Source: Vermamoeba vermiformis (taxonomy: Eukaryota). Taken from it: a DNA stretch of 64,000 bases. The position numbers and the translations under genes were made by a program. Below the pieces are notes generated by a model that ran no database searches, had not been told where the DNA came from, and worked only from the letters and a program-made list of their open reading frames with translations. The stretch covers positions 62,001 to 126,000 of the forward strand of contig JBEWZL010000137.1 of assembly GCA_045837725.1 (NCBI GenBank), read 5' to 3'. Positions 1 through 11,362 of the stretch are shown piece after piece. Each line of letters starts with the position of its first letter. The stretch's first letter is position 1.

Positions 1-1201
1 TTGGTGCCACAGTACAGCTTCTCCAGGGCCACAGATATGGCTAAAAATGCGCCAGTTCTGCCAATGCCAGCCGAACAGTGCACTACTGTCGGGCCAGTGA
101 CGCCCTTCTGCGAGGCTGTCTGTCTGTACATGTTGGTGAGGTGAATCAATTCGCGGATTGGTCTTGTCGTTTCAGGCACGCCAAAGTCAGGCCAGCCTTT
201 GAAATGCAGTTGTACAATCTCGCGGGTCTTCTTTTCGTGCGTGTTTTCAATTTCCAAAACTCGAATCTTGATCTGGGCAAGTTGATTGGCCTATTAGCAA
301 CAAATGCAAAAACAAAGTATAAACAATAGAGAAAACAGAAGTGTTAGAGTTGATAGCATTTGCTTCAGTTTGTTATGGAAAGGAAATAAATTTGAATTGC
401 CGAAAATAAAACAGAATCCAATAATAGAAAATTATCTTTGACTGAATGGTCTTACCACGCGAAATGTAAACGACTTCTTTAACGTTACTCTAATCTTGCC
501 GAATGATTTAGTCTCTTTCAGTTTGTTTGGCCAATACATGTGGCCTTTAATCCTTCCGTTCTCTTTCATTCGCATCAAAACAACAACAACTGGAACATTC
601 TGCGATTGAATACGTTAATATATTGTCAGTTATATTATATTACGTTATTTGACGCGCAAATTAGCGTTTAAGTAACGGAGTTCGTGCTCCACCCTTCGAT
701 TGGAAATCCGTAGAAAAACTCACTGGTTTCATAACGATTTTGAATTAAAATGCTTACCTGCTCCCAAACCATACGCCAAAAGTCTTCAAATGTTTGAGGA
801 AGAGGTGCTTGACAACATATAAAGCACGGAGAAGATGAGAACTCTCCTCGAACAAAATTTGCATTTATATAATCAGACCTGTAATATAATTATTGTTAGA
901 ACAATAACGTATTTAATTGAGTCCTCTGGAGCATAGTTGCTATTATTTCTCCGGGGTTTTTAGAGATACACGGAATTAAGGAAATTATGAATCTCGCTTA
1001 CCCTTCTCTTCCGGGTTCATAAGCTAATCTAACAATCGTCTCTTCCACTGGTAATACATCTCCGTATCTATTTTTTGTCTTATTACAAAATAAATTTGCG
1101 CTTTGGTGCATATATTTGAGCTCGATGGAGGAGCGGGGTTTTGTTGTTAATGCAGTGAGCTTTGCAAATTCTTGTTTAATAGCTGGAACATCGAGGCTCA
1201 T
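1..1201 (-). CDS. Classical protein tyrosine phosphatase (multi-exon, 3' end outside window)
   Basis: Spliced exons give [46 protein letters not shown] and the catalytic [11 protein letters not shown] motif (near 50-90). Confidence 0.95.
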
Positions 1202-1629
1202 TATTTTTAGAGGTTTTTAAAATAATATGTCAAGATCGCGCTAAGGAGCTCCGTTGTGTTACTTTCTATTCCTCGCTTGAATATTTTTGCGTCCAGAGAG
1301 GCTGGCCGAAAAAAAAATAAGGAACAAAAAAAAATTAATCCCACGAATCAGCGCGCGAGATTGGCTGAAATTTCATCCGGTTTTATTCGGTGCTTTCTGA
1401 AAACCTCCAGAAACTGGGCGAAGCAACGCTCGTTTTATCCGCGGCGCAATGACCAAACACACAAGTTGTGACGAAAAATTGGTGAAATTAATTGAAAAAT
1501 GAAGCGGATGTGGTCGAAAACAGTTTCCGTTCTCGCGAGAGCTTCGCTGTTATTAAGTTCGCGGTGCAAATCTTTGATTTTTATTTAATTAAATACCAAA
1601 CGACGTCACACTAGATTCGAAATAATATA

Positions 1630-2601
1630 ATGCTTTCGGTGCTTAACAAGAAGTTATTGACACTCCTTGTGTCTCCCTCCAAAGCTACAACAACGAAGCT
1701 CATTTCATCAAACTATGCTACTCGTGCACCGGACAATGATCAAAACATGGTTCTGGGTAATAAAGGGCTCATGACACCACGAACGCACTTTTAATTCTGG
1801 ATTTGTACAGATCCCAAAGAACATTTGAGCAAACAGGGCACAAAGCACGATCAAAGCAAGCCCGGTAAAAAGGCCAAAAAGGGTGCAGCGCGCTCTGAAT
1901 CAGGCCTCGAAGGTGAGTTGGATGTGCAGGATCGCCAAGAAGGCAACATGATCCACAGCTCAGGCACTGAGAACAGAACTCCTGGTGAGACCTACAATGT
2001 TGGTCATCAAAGCATCGGTCAGCAGGTCGGTGGAGTGTATAAAGATCGATTGGACTTTGTGTCAGACACCCCGCACGGCACTGCAGCGCCCAAACACGAT
2101 CGTCCGAGCGGTGGCACTGTGGAGAAGGTGAATGAAGATGCCATGGAAGGACGCACTGGCTACGGTGAACACGTCAAGCCTGGTCGCGCGGGCTATGGCG
2201 AACAAGTCAATCCCACTGGCGACACACAGCAGCGCCACACCACATCGCTCAACAATCAGAACGACGAGCTCCCTCTCGTGACCAGTTTTCACACTTTCAC
2301 CACCAGCTTCCACACGTGGATCCGCATGAGAGCCCCCAGCTCGCAACAAGTGCCGCCGAAGAGTCAAAGCCCCCCTCAATCCACTTGGAGACCTGGCAAG
2401 AGCGAGCAGAACATCAACGACGATGAAGACACATTGGTGATCAATTACCGCGGTGAGGACAAGTCACGTGACCGCGATGACAGATTGCTGGACTCGACAC
2501 CGCACAGCACGCACAAGGGGGTGTTGGGCGAGGACAAACAGGACGCCAAGCGACACGCTGACGAGGGCAAGCCATTGAAGGGGCAATATGAGCGCAATTA
2601 A
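1630..2601 (+). CDS. Hydrophilic low-complexity protein with a putative mitochondrial presequence
   Basis: ATG at 1630 (MLSVLNKKLLTLLVSPSKATTTKLISSNYATR), a GT-AG intron ~1757-1810, then the 258-aa G/E/D/K/Q-rich ORF. Confidence 0.65.
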
Positions 2602-2693
2602 TTCTGCCCAGTCATTGCTCAGGGAGCGAGTCTATCCACTTTATAAATATGTACATAGTCTTATTGCGAATAAACAATTTGTATCCACACAAT

Positions 2694-4308
2694 TCACTTG
2701 CTGGGCCAGGCAATAAGTGTGGCAAAGTAGTCCTCATAAGTCTCAGCGCGGCGAATGCACTGCCAGGTGCCATCAACTGTCAACAACAATTCTGCTGATC
2801 TCAGCTTGCCGTTGTAGTTGAATCCCATCGAGTGTCCTATTTCCATATTTGGTTATATTTGCACCTCGGCAACCAAAAAAACACGTACCATGTGCGCCGG
2901 TGTCGTGGATAACTGCAATGTCATTCACGCTCAGTGCGGGCAGTGCACGTGACACAGCAAATTTGTCGTTGTTTTCGCACAGTGAGCCAGTGACATCGTA
3001 CTCGTGATCGAGCGGCAGGTGTGACTTGCCTAATATGGTAATGTGATGATACGCGCCATACATGCCAGGGCGCATCAAGTAAGCCATGCAGGCATCGAGT
3101 CCCGCGTAGTGCTTGTAGCTGTGTTTGAGATGCATGACACGTGACACCAGACAGCCCGCAGGACCTGTCACAAATCTCCCGCACTCGAGAGCTACTGTCA
3201 CGTGCGGCAGACCACGTGCTACAATCCACTGCTCGTACTCGGCTCGAATGCCCTGCGAGATTGCGTTGAGATCGAGGTTCGTGTCAGACGGTCTGTACGG
3301 AATTCCAAATCCACCTCCGAGATTGACAATCTCAAATGCAATCTCGAGATCACGTGACAGTTCACTGACGAGCGAGAAGAGCATGCGCGCAGTGTCGACA
3401 AAGTACGTCGGTGTGAGCTCATTCGATGCGATCATGGTGTGCAAACCAAATCTGCAAAGATGATTGACTGTGAGACACGTGTCAGATGCAGCACTTTGCG
3501 TGACATACCGTTTGACACCTTTTGACTTGAGCGCACTGTAGGCCTCGCGGAGTTGAGCACGTGTCATGCCAAACTTAGCTTCGACAGGATTGCCAATAAT
3601 GGCATTGCCCACGCGTTCAGGGCCAGGATTGAAGCGGAGACAAACGAGCTCTAAAAATAGCGTTAGGTGTCATTTGCCTAATATGGGAATTGTTTACCGG
3701 GGAGTCCAGCTGTTCGTTCCAAGAATTCAATGTGGCTGCCATAAAGGTTAGTATCGGAGTTCCAAATAAGGAAATTTCGTACCCCAAGTCATCGAGATTA
3801 ATGATCGCATGTAAATCACGTGCTTTGACGAATTCTTCCGCGGGGGTATCGTTCGAAGTGAATATCACGTGGTCACCTCGTATTCCCAGCCTCTCGCATA
3901 TGAGTAATTCCGCTGCATGGCGTCAGTACCACACACGTACACCATATTTCCTAATTAGGCTATCTTACCCATCGAGCTGCAATCGGCGCCAAGCCCTTCT
4001 TCGTGCAGTGCGCGAATGATGTGCGGGTTAGGCAGTGCCTGGCATGAATCAATGACCGTCACATGGCTACTATGCGTCCGTTACATACTTTGACGGCGTA
4101 ATATTCGCGGAATTTAGGCGCCCAAGAAAATGCTTGGATCAGATCGCGTGCGGTTTGTCGGACGAGAGCTTCATTCTGATGAAAGGGCATCAAAATATGA
4201 ATCGTATTTTCGTGGTAATATTCGCCATACGTAGATGTGAAAAGGTGTGGGATAGAGTTCAACGGCTTGTCGGATCTGCTCTTCAGTGAACGGCAATGCC
4301 TTGCTCAT
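2694..4308 (-). CDS. lysA: Diaminopimelate decarboxylase
   Basis: YPTPFHIY, YYAVKA (PLP lysine), FTSNDTP, NLGGGFGIPY, ECGRF, GSLCENNDKF, GAHG/HSMGFNYNGKLR across several short introns. Confidence 0.93.
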
Positions 4309-4452
4309 CGTACTAGATTTTAAATGATATTGTAATAAATCTAGTGTTGGATACGGGCACTGTTATTGTGTTAAGATCGCGAGAATGTTATTTTTACATT
4401 GACACGCACTCGGTGCGACACAACACAGCTTCAGTAAAGGGCAATCACTCAC

Positions 4453-5537
4453 ATGAGATTTATCAAGCCATATTATATTATCAACATTTGCATTATTGCC
4501 AGCTATTTTGTATGGCGAGCAGAGCAGATCCAGCGACAGGGACTGGATTTTATTACCGAGAGCAAGGTAATTAATTATTTGTAACATCAATCAATTTGTA
4601 TTTAATACGAATATTACACGATCTGACTGCAGCCTACAGGAAGGGTCACTGCTTATCTCGCTGCTGCTCATCACAGTCCTCAAAGTACGACGCGCGCAGT
4701 CGATCGAGTCAGCGCTGAGCACGCTCTTCTTGTACTTCAAGTTCTTCGTGCTCATTGTCGCACTCGTGCATCGCCTCTATGGACTCGCTGCGGGCTATTT
4801 TGCGATCTACTTTGGTACGCACTGCACAAGAGCATCGACGAATATCAACGAGTACTAATGGCTATTATTTAGTGCAGTTTGTGCTCTTTCCTCAACCCTT
4901 TTACGACGGGCCTCAACGCATTGAAGAACTGAATCCAACGACTCTGACCGCTGCTCTCACCGATCCGAATACGTATGTGGTACTTGGGATGTGAGTTGTA
5001 GTATGTCAATTAACGTGCTGCATTAGGACGTGGCTCATCAATTTTTATGCTCGGTGGTCACCTCATTGCGTCGATCTAGCACCTGTGTTTGCAGAACTTT
5101 CGCTCAAGTATGTCTTACACTACGATGCACATTGTACGATCATATGTCATAATGCGCGATGTTTAGGTACACCACTCCTCACTTCAAGTTTGGTCGAGTG
5201 GATGTGGGCCGCTACACGCAAGTAGCGCAACAATTCAACATTTCCCTCAGTGTACGTTTAAGTGGAAATATATAGCCATAGAGCAATGCTAATAACAAGA
5301 ACGCTAGGGCACGACAAAACAGTTGCCTACCCTGATCCAATTCCGAGCTGGCAGTGAATACAAACGATTGCCGCAATTGATGGGGAGTGTAGTGGCACCT
5401 GCCTCATTTAGAAGCGTATGTCTTAATGCAGCACTATAACATCTTATAACTGATACAATAACTGTTTGTAGAGGGATGTAGTGGAGCACTTCCGTCTGGA
5501 TGTTGAACGTAATACTCCAATTAAACATACTGGATGA
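4453..5537 (+). CDS. TMX2: Thioredoxin-related transmembrane protein 2-like
   Basis: Hydrophobic N-terminal exons (PYYIINI), PQPFYDGP, WLINFYARWSPHCVDLAPVFAELSLKY (SxxC), FKFGRVDVGRY, KQLPTLI. Confidence 0.85.
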
Positions 5538-6004
5538 GTGAATCATTGCCACCATTTGTTGTCGAGTGACAGTATTGCTTTTTGTCGCTATACAAAGCAT
5601 GGAGTCCCAATATAACCCGAGTCCACTTAGTGAAGTATTTGTACTGACCGACGAGTGGATGTGCCGAAAGATAAATTCAGTTGTACAATACTTCAAGTGC
5701 GACTGTATTGTCGTAAAAGCATTAAATGTACTATATAATACGCCTATATACTTCGAGTACAGATTTGCTGGTGAGTCCATCAACAACCTCCGCTTGAGTA
5801 TTTCGCCGGACTGCAGTTCAGCAGCTAGGCCGAGTAACGGACCACCGAGCCCTCATCACTCGTCAATGCATCAGTGCGCACCATTCAGTGCTGCGAGTCA
5901 CGTGCCGAGTGAAGTGCAGTGCGGTGAGTTCAGCCGTCACGTGCGCAGTGTCACTCGATAACAAAAAACACGCTGCAGTTGACATTAACATTAGCATTAA
6001 CACC

Positions 6005-7436
6005 ATGACACACCTAGGAGCACCGAGTGATCTATTGTTAGGATTCGATCACTTAGAGTTCTGGGTTGGGAACGCATTCCAAACAGCCAACTATCTGATC
6101 ACCAGATTCGGCTTCAAACACATTGCATACCGCGGACTAGAGACTGGTAGTAGAGACCTGGTGACGCATGTCGTCAATCAAGGCCAAGTATGTATTATGA
6201 CACGTTTTGAGACCCGCAAAAGGGCGGATCCAACGGAGCAAATTTAATTAATAATTCAGAAATTATCGGACTATTAATGTTGTATTTGTTGACCTTCAGA
6301 TATCTCATTATTATTGAAGATATTTATTTTTGTTCTTTTACCGTTAAATTTCAGCGCAGATCTACCTCTGCACGACTTATTTGTTTCTGACGGTAAATAC
6401 TCGCCCCAAATCACATCTTATTCACAACTACTACTACCACCTTACTAACGCCCTTCAGATTAACATTGCCTGCACCTCAGCGCTGTACCCGCAGCACGCA
6501 GCACACAGCACATTCCTCGCGCAACACGGCGATGCAGTGCGCGTGATTGCCTTCACCGTGCTCGACTGTCGCGCTGTGTTTGCACGTGCTCGCGAACATG
6601 GGGCACGTGTCATTCGTGAACCGAGCGAGTCGCGCGATGAATTCGGCACGGTGGTCACGGCAGAAATAGCCACATTTGGCGATGTCATTCACCGCTTTGT
6701 GGAGCGCAAAGACTACACAGGGCCCTTCTTGCCTGGTCACGTGGCCTCAGAGGACCACAACGATCCTTTGCAACAATTTACACCCTGTCCTGGCCTGCAC
6801 ACCTTCGATCACGTGGTGGGCAATCAACACGAGGGCGAATTGAATTCTTGGGTCACGTGGTACAATCACGTGCTGCACTTGCACACGCTGAGCGAGTACA
6901 CCGTCAACACGGGCGAGTCCTCGCTGCGCACGGTGATCGTGTCGAGTGCGAATGAAGCGATCAAAATGCCGCTGATTGAGCCGCTGCAGAATGTGAAGAA
7001 GAGTCAGAACCAGGAGTACGTCGACTTCAATGGCGGGGCTGGCGTGCAGCACATTGCATTCCACACCACGGACATTATACATGCAGTCACTCAGCTCCGC
7101 GCACGAGGGGTCAGATTTCAAGAGGTACCGCCGCAGTACTACAGCTATATTCGTCGCAAATTAGAGAACTCGCGCGTGGTGTTGAAAGAAGATCTGCAGC
7201 GCTTGGAAGAGTTGAAGATCTTGATCGACTTTGACGAGCACAGCACAGACCCCGAGCCCGGCTATTTGTTGCAGATATTCACGCACCTCATTCAGGACAG
7301 GCCGACAGTGTTCTTCGAGTTGATACAGCGCCACAAGCACGAGGGCTTTGGCGAGGGCAACATCAAAGCGCTGTTCGAGTGCGTGGAGCGCGAACAAGAG
7401 CGGCGCGGCAATCTCACTGCAGACACGCGCGAATAG
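6005..7436 (+). CDS. HPD: 4-hydroxyphenylpyruvate dioxygenase
   Basis: FDHLEFWVGNA, DHVVGN, GAGVQHIA, GYLLQIFT, RPTVFFELIQR, GFGEGNIKALF; one intron ~6188-6459. Confidence 0.97.
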
Positions 7437-7715
7437 CTGCAGTCACCTTTGTAAATAGTCATCCGAATAAATTCAGACCTGGTACGGCATGTACCGCTTT
7501 GTTTTCTACACGACATTCGCGGATTTGGAAAAGAAAATCAGAATGTTTGCCTTTTTAGGAAAGTATCGCAGACTTGCGCCTGTTGATTGTAACATATCAC
7601 TTGCATTTGTTTGATCGCCTTTGGCGTTTTTAATTATTCATTCGCAAATTTACATCGGGTTGGTTATATTTACATGTTTCAGACAAAAATAAATAAGGGA
7701 AAATTGGATCTGTTG

Positions 7716-8131
7716 TTAGCACGAGCAAGAAGCGATGAGCAAGACCATGAAGCACAGCAGAATAAAGCCGAGAATGTCAGCAGTCAAATCAAATCCTCTG
7801 GGAGTAGTGCGGGGTTTTTGATAGAACCGCAGACCCGTGGCAGGAGTGACATCTAAAGTGGCTTGTTTCAGACTGCGAGTGTTGCCGCTCAATCTCTGGT
7901 ATTTGTCTTCAGCGCGCTCAGCAAGGTCTTTCGTTTGCACCACCTCTCGTTCAATTTCCTCACCATTGAATGATTCTGAAATTCGCTTATTAGTTCATGA
8001 TCAGCAGTTTTATAACGTATGAGGGATGATTAATTACCTTTTTGATAGTTGTTGTAGACCACCATTGCACTAACAGCGAACATAACAACTAAACTGAAGA
8101 TGAAAAACAACTTGGCTCTGGCTTGTGACAT
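7716..8131 (-). CDS. Small two-exon membrane protein of unknown function
   Basis: MSQARANLFFIFSLVVMFAVSAMVVYNNYQK, a GT-AG intron, then an ORF ending in hydrophobic ILGFILLCFMVLLIASCSC. Confidence 0.55.
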
Positions 8132-9043
8132 TTTGCAGTAGATGTGCTTTTGTTTTTGTAATTTAATCGATCGACTTTAATAAGGTCGTGTTGTATTGAC
8201 TCAAACTTTTATGTTGGATAAATAGATGTTTGTTCGCGATTTGGTTTTGTACTTTTTTTCAGACACAAGAATCAATGCGAATTTATGGTGAATTTCATGA
8301 ATAATTTGGGCAAAGAACGAGGTGATTCGCAGAACGAGCAAAGAAGACAAAATAAAAAACAGTAGCCGTAAATATCGTGGAAAATTGTACGATTAGAGCT
8401 TAATTTGTGCTGTAAATGTACAGCGGTTTTGAGACCTGAAGTAGTAGATGCCGATCTGATATCAGAACACGCAACGAGCCGACTATATTGCAAACCCAAA
8501 CAGATAAGAGTACTTACGAGCATACAGTCAAGCAGGTTACTGTTCATCTGACTCTCTTCTGAATAGTCGTCTTCAAAATTGCAACATTTAACTCTCCAAT
8601 CAATGCAATAACACCACTAAATTATGGCACAAACAATACTATTAATTTTAATATTTTTTGCTAGGTGTTACGGCACAACGGTTGGAGTTGACTGCGTGAT
8701 ATTTTGATCAAAATTCTACTTACCTTGCGACAGCCGTATTCCATTATCGCATATTATATATAACCACTACGAGCAACTAAATAATAGTTGAATATAGTTT
8801 TATGCATCTTTAGATCTTTGTCTCTCAGCATCAGATCCACTATGTTGCCGCCATTCGCTCAAGCGCACTGAGTCAAAGAAATTTGAATATTTAGCATAAT
8901 ATTGGTAACGTCTAATAGACTGCCTAGTCTTTGGTTGTCGTCAGTGAACTTGTTGTGTGGCTTTAATGGAGTAAACTATTTTTTTTTTTGTATTCCCTTC
9001 ACTCGATCCAGTGACAACAAAAGGCTAGCGTTGAAACACACAA

Positions 9044-11284
9044 ATGTCGAGTTTATTTTCTTCCTTCATGTCTGGTGGTACATCCACTAACAAAAGTGCG
9101 TCAGCCACGCCAACAAACCCAACCAGCAATGATGACGATAATTTGCCGCAAGTCGCTATTCCTGCTGCCAAAACAGGTATGTATTATATTGTATTCATTT
9201 AGGGTTCGCCATTGTTCTTTCTGAATTAACGAAAAATTCCAACGATCAAATCCAACAAAATCAATTGTAATACGCAAATAATCTAATTAATCGGCGCATA
9301 TTATTAGGACAACAAAGGAATGAAGGTTGGTTGAAAAAAGGAGGCATTTTGACGTATAAGCCTCGTTATTTTATTGAATACGACGGCAAGATCTATTACA
9401 AACGAAAGAAGGAAGACCAAAAGGCACGAGAGTACTTCCCTATTAACAAAATTATTGCTATTCAAATCACTAAAGGTAATAGCTCATAATTTTCCGATCG
9501 GGAACTTTCATAAAGACGCGTCGACTGACAATTCATGCTAATCACTGCAGAACTTGAACTGGAGTTCACTTTGACCGTAGTGGGCACTGGTGGTGACAAG
9601 CTGATTTACATGCAAGCGCTCAACCGCGAGGACTTTGATCGCTGGGTCAAGATCTTCGTCGAGCGTACTGGTCTGCCAGTGTTTGACGCCAACCAACAAG
9701 TGATGCCCAAGTACAAGAGCAAGGGTAAGGGTGTCGCTCATGCGAGTCAGTGCAACAGTCGCGACTCTGCTTTCGCCGTCAACTGAGGGGGCGTAGCTCC
9801 AACGGTAGAGCGGCGGATTCCAGGTCCGATGGTTGCGTGTTCGAATCACGTCGCCCTCATTACTTTTTTATTTTTTCTTTTGCCTTACCACTCTATTACA
9901 TCAGGTGCTCGTGCCTACACCAATGTCGGTGACGATGAAAGCAAGTCAGACTTTGCCAAGACACATCCTGGCGTGAAAGTCGTACCCGGAGCTGCACCCG
10001 AAGTTCAACGCACCGTGCAGCGCGTCGTCACCCCTAGCCGCACTGCCACTGCTGCCAAGCCTGCAAGTGAGAGCAATTCATTGGCCTCATCCACCGCTGA
10101 ACAACCACGCGACTTGCTCGTGGATCTGTCTGATCCCACCCCGACCTCACAACCTGCGCACCCAGTCAGCGCACCGAGCATGTTGCCCGTGGACGATGAG
10201 GTCGCGAAAGGTCTGCTCGAGCGCAATCAGAGTCTCTTGTCGCAGCTCGATCAACAGTTCAATCTCAACGAGGCCTTACAACAGCGCATCTCAGATCTGA
10301 TCCAACAGCTGCACCAACAAGTGCTGATCAATCAGAACGCGCAACAACAGCTCGTGGACCTGAGCACCGCTCTCAACGAGAAGAACAGCGCGGTCGAGGT
10401 ACGTGTGACTTGGTGTTCATCTATTCGCGGCACAGACTCACAGTTATTCTTAGGCACTGCAACGACAATTGAGCGAGGGTGGTGAATCCGTAAGTGATTT
10501 CTAAATATGGTAATATCAATACTAGATATTGACACGTGTCAAATAGTCAGCCAAATTGAACGAAGTGACGGAACAACTCGCACATCAGACCCAAGTGAAT
10601 GCAAATCTGCAAACACAAGTGACGCACTTGACCAATCAGCTCAACGAGCGATTGCACATGAGCCAAGAGCGACACTCGCAGGTAGATGAGCTCGAGAACA
10701 AGATCCGTCAGCTCAACGAAGACCTCGCGGCCAGTCAACTGCGTGTCACTGAGTTGACAGGTCAGCTGATGAATGAACAAGAGCGTGCAAAACAATTGGA
10801 GAGCACCGTCGAAGAACTCAAGTCGCGCGTGACGAGCGAGACCGCCAAAGAGACCGAGCTGAGTCACGCCAACGAGGAGTGGCAGCACAAGTACGAAGAG
10901 GAGGTCAAACAGCGCGCTGAACTCGAGCAACGCTTGGCACAACTGCAAACACAGCGCGATGAACTGCAAACGACTGAAGCCTCGCACAGCCAAGAGTGGC
11001 AACAAGAGCGCAGTTCACTGAACGAGACCGTGCACCAGCTCAAAGAGGAAGCGAGCAAGATGAGCGAGGAGATTGAACAGCTGCGCAGCACGAGCGAGGA
11101 CACGGAGAAACAGAATCAAATTCTCAACGAGAACGTGACAGCACTGAACAGCGTGATCATCAAGTTGACGTCGACCAATCAGCAGCTGTTGACGGAGCTC
11201 AATGCCTACAAACAGAAAGTGCCACCATCCCCGCAGAAACAAGTGCAACCTCCGCGCACTCCCTCCGCTGAGGACCGACTGTAA
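9044..11284 (+). CDS. PH-domain plus long coiled-coil protein
   Basis: EGWLKKGGILTYKPRYF...IYYKR...IYMQALNREDFDRWVKIF (PH fold), followed by Q/E-rich heptad exons from ~10200 to 11200. Confidence 0.85.
9787..9859 (+). tRNA. trnW-CCA: tRNA-Trp(CCA), nested in an intron (9725-9904) of the PH/coiled-coil gene
   Basis: Cloverleaf: acceptor GGGGGCG/CGCCCTC, D arm GCTC/GAGC, anticodon loop TT-CCA-GG, T arm GCGTG-TTCGAAT-CACGT, discriminator A, downstream T-run (Pol III terminator). Confidence 0.95.
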
Positions 11285-11362
11285 TTGCCTTATTTGGACA
11301 TTGCATCAAGTGTTAATAAATCAGATTTACAATTCGGCTGTACATTGAAATGTTGACACGTG

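Noticed and set aside
5304-5961. Overlapping 131-160 aa ORFs between TMX2 and HPPD
   Set aside because: No motifs; they overlap the TMX2 3' exons and the HPPD upstream region.
8712-8740. TACTTACCT resembling the U1 snRNA 5' end
   Set aside because: More simply the reverse complement of a splice donor (AG|GTAAGT); no U1 stem-loops or Sm site recognised. A minus-strand spliced transcript at 8270-8860 is possible, but I could not build a convincing ORF.
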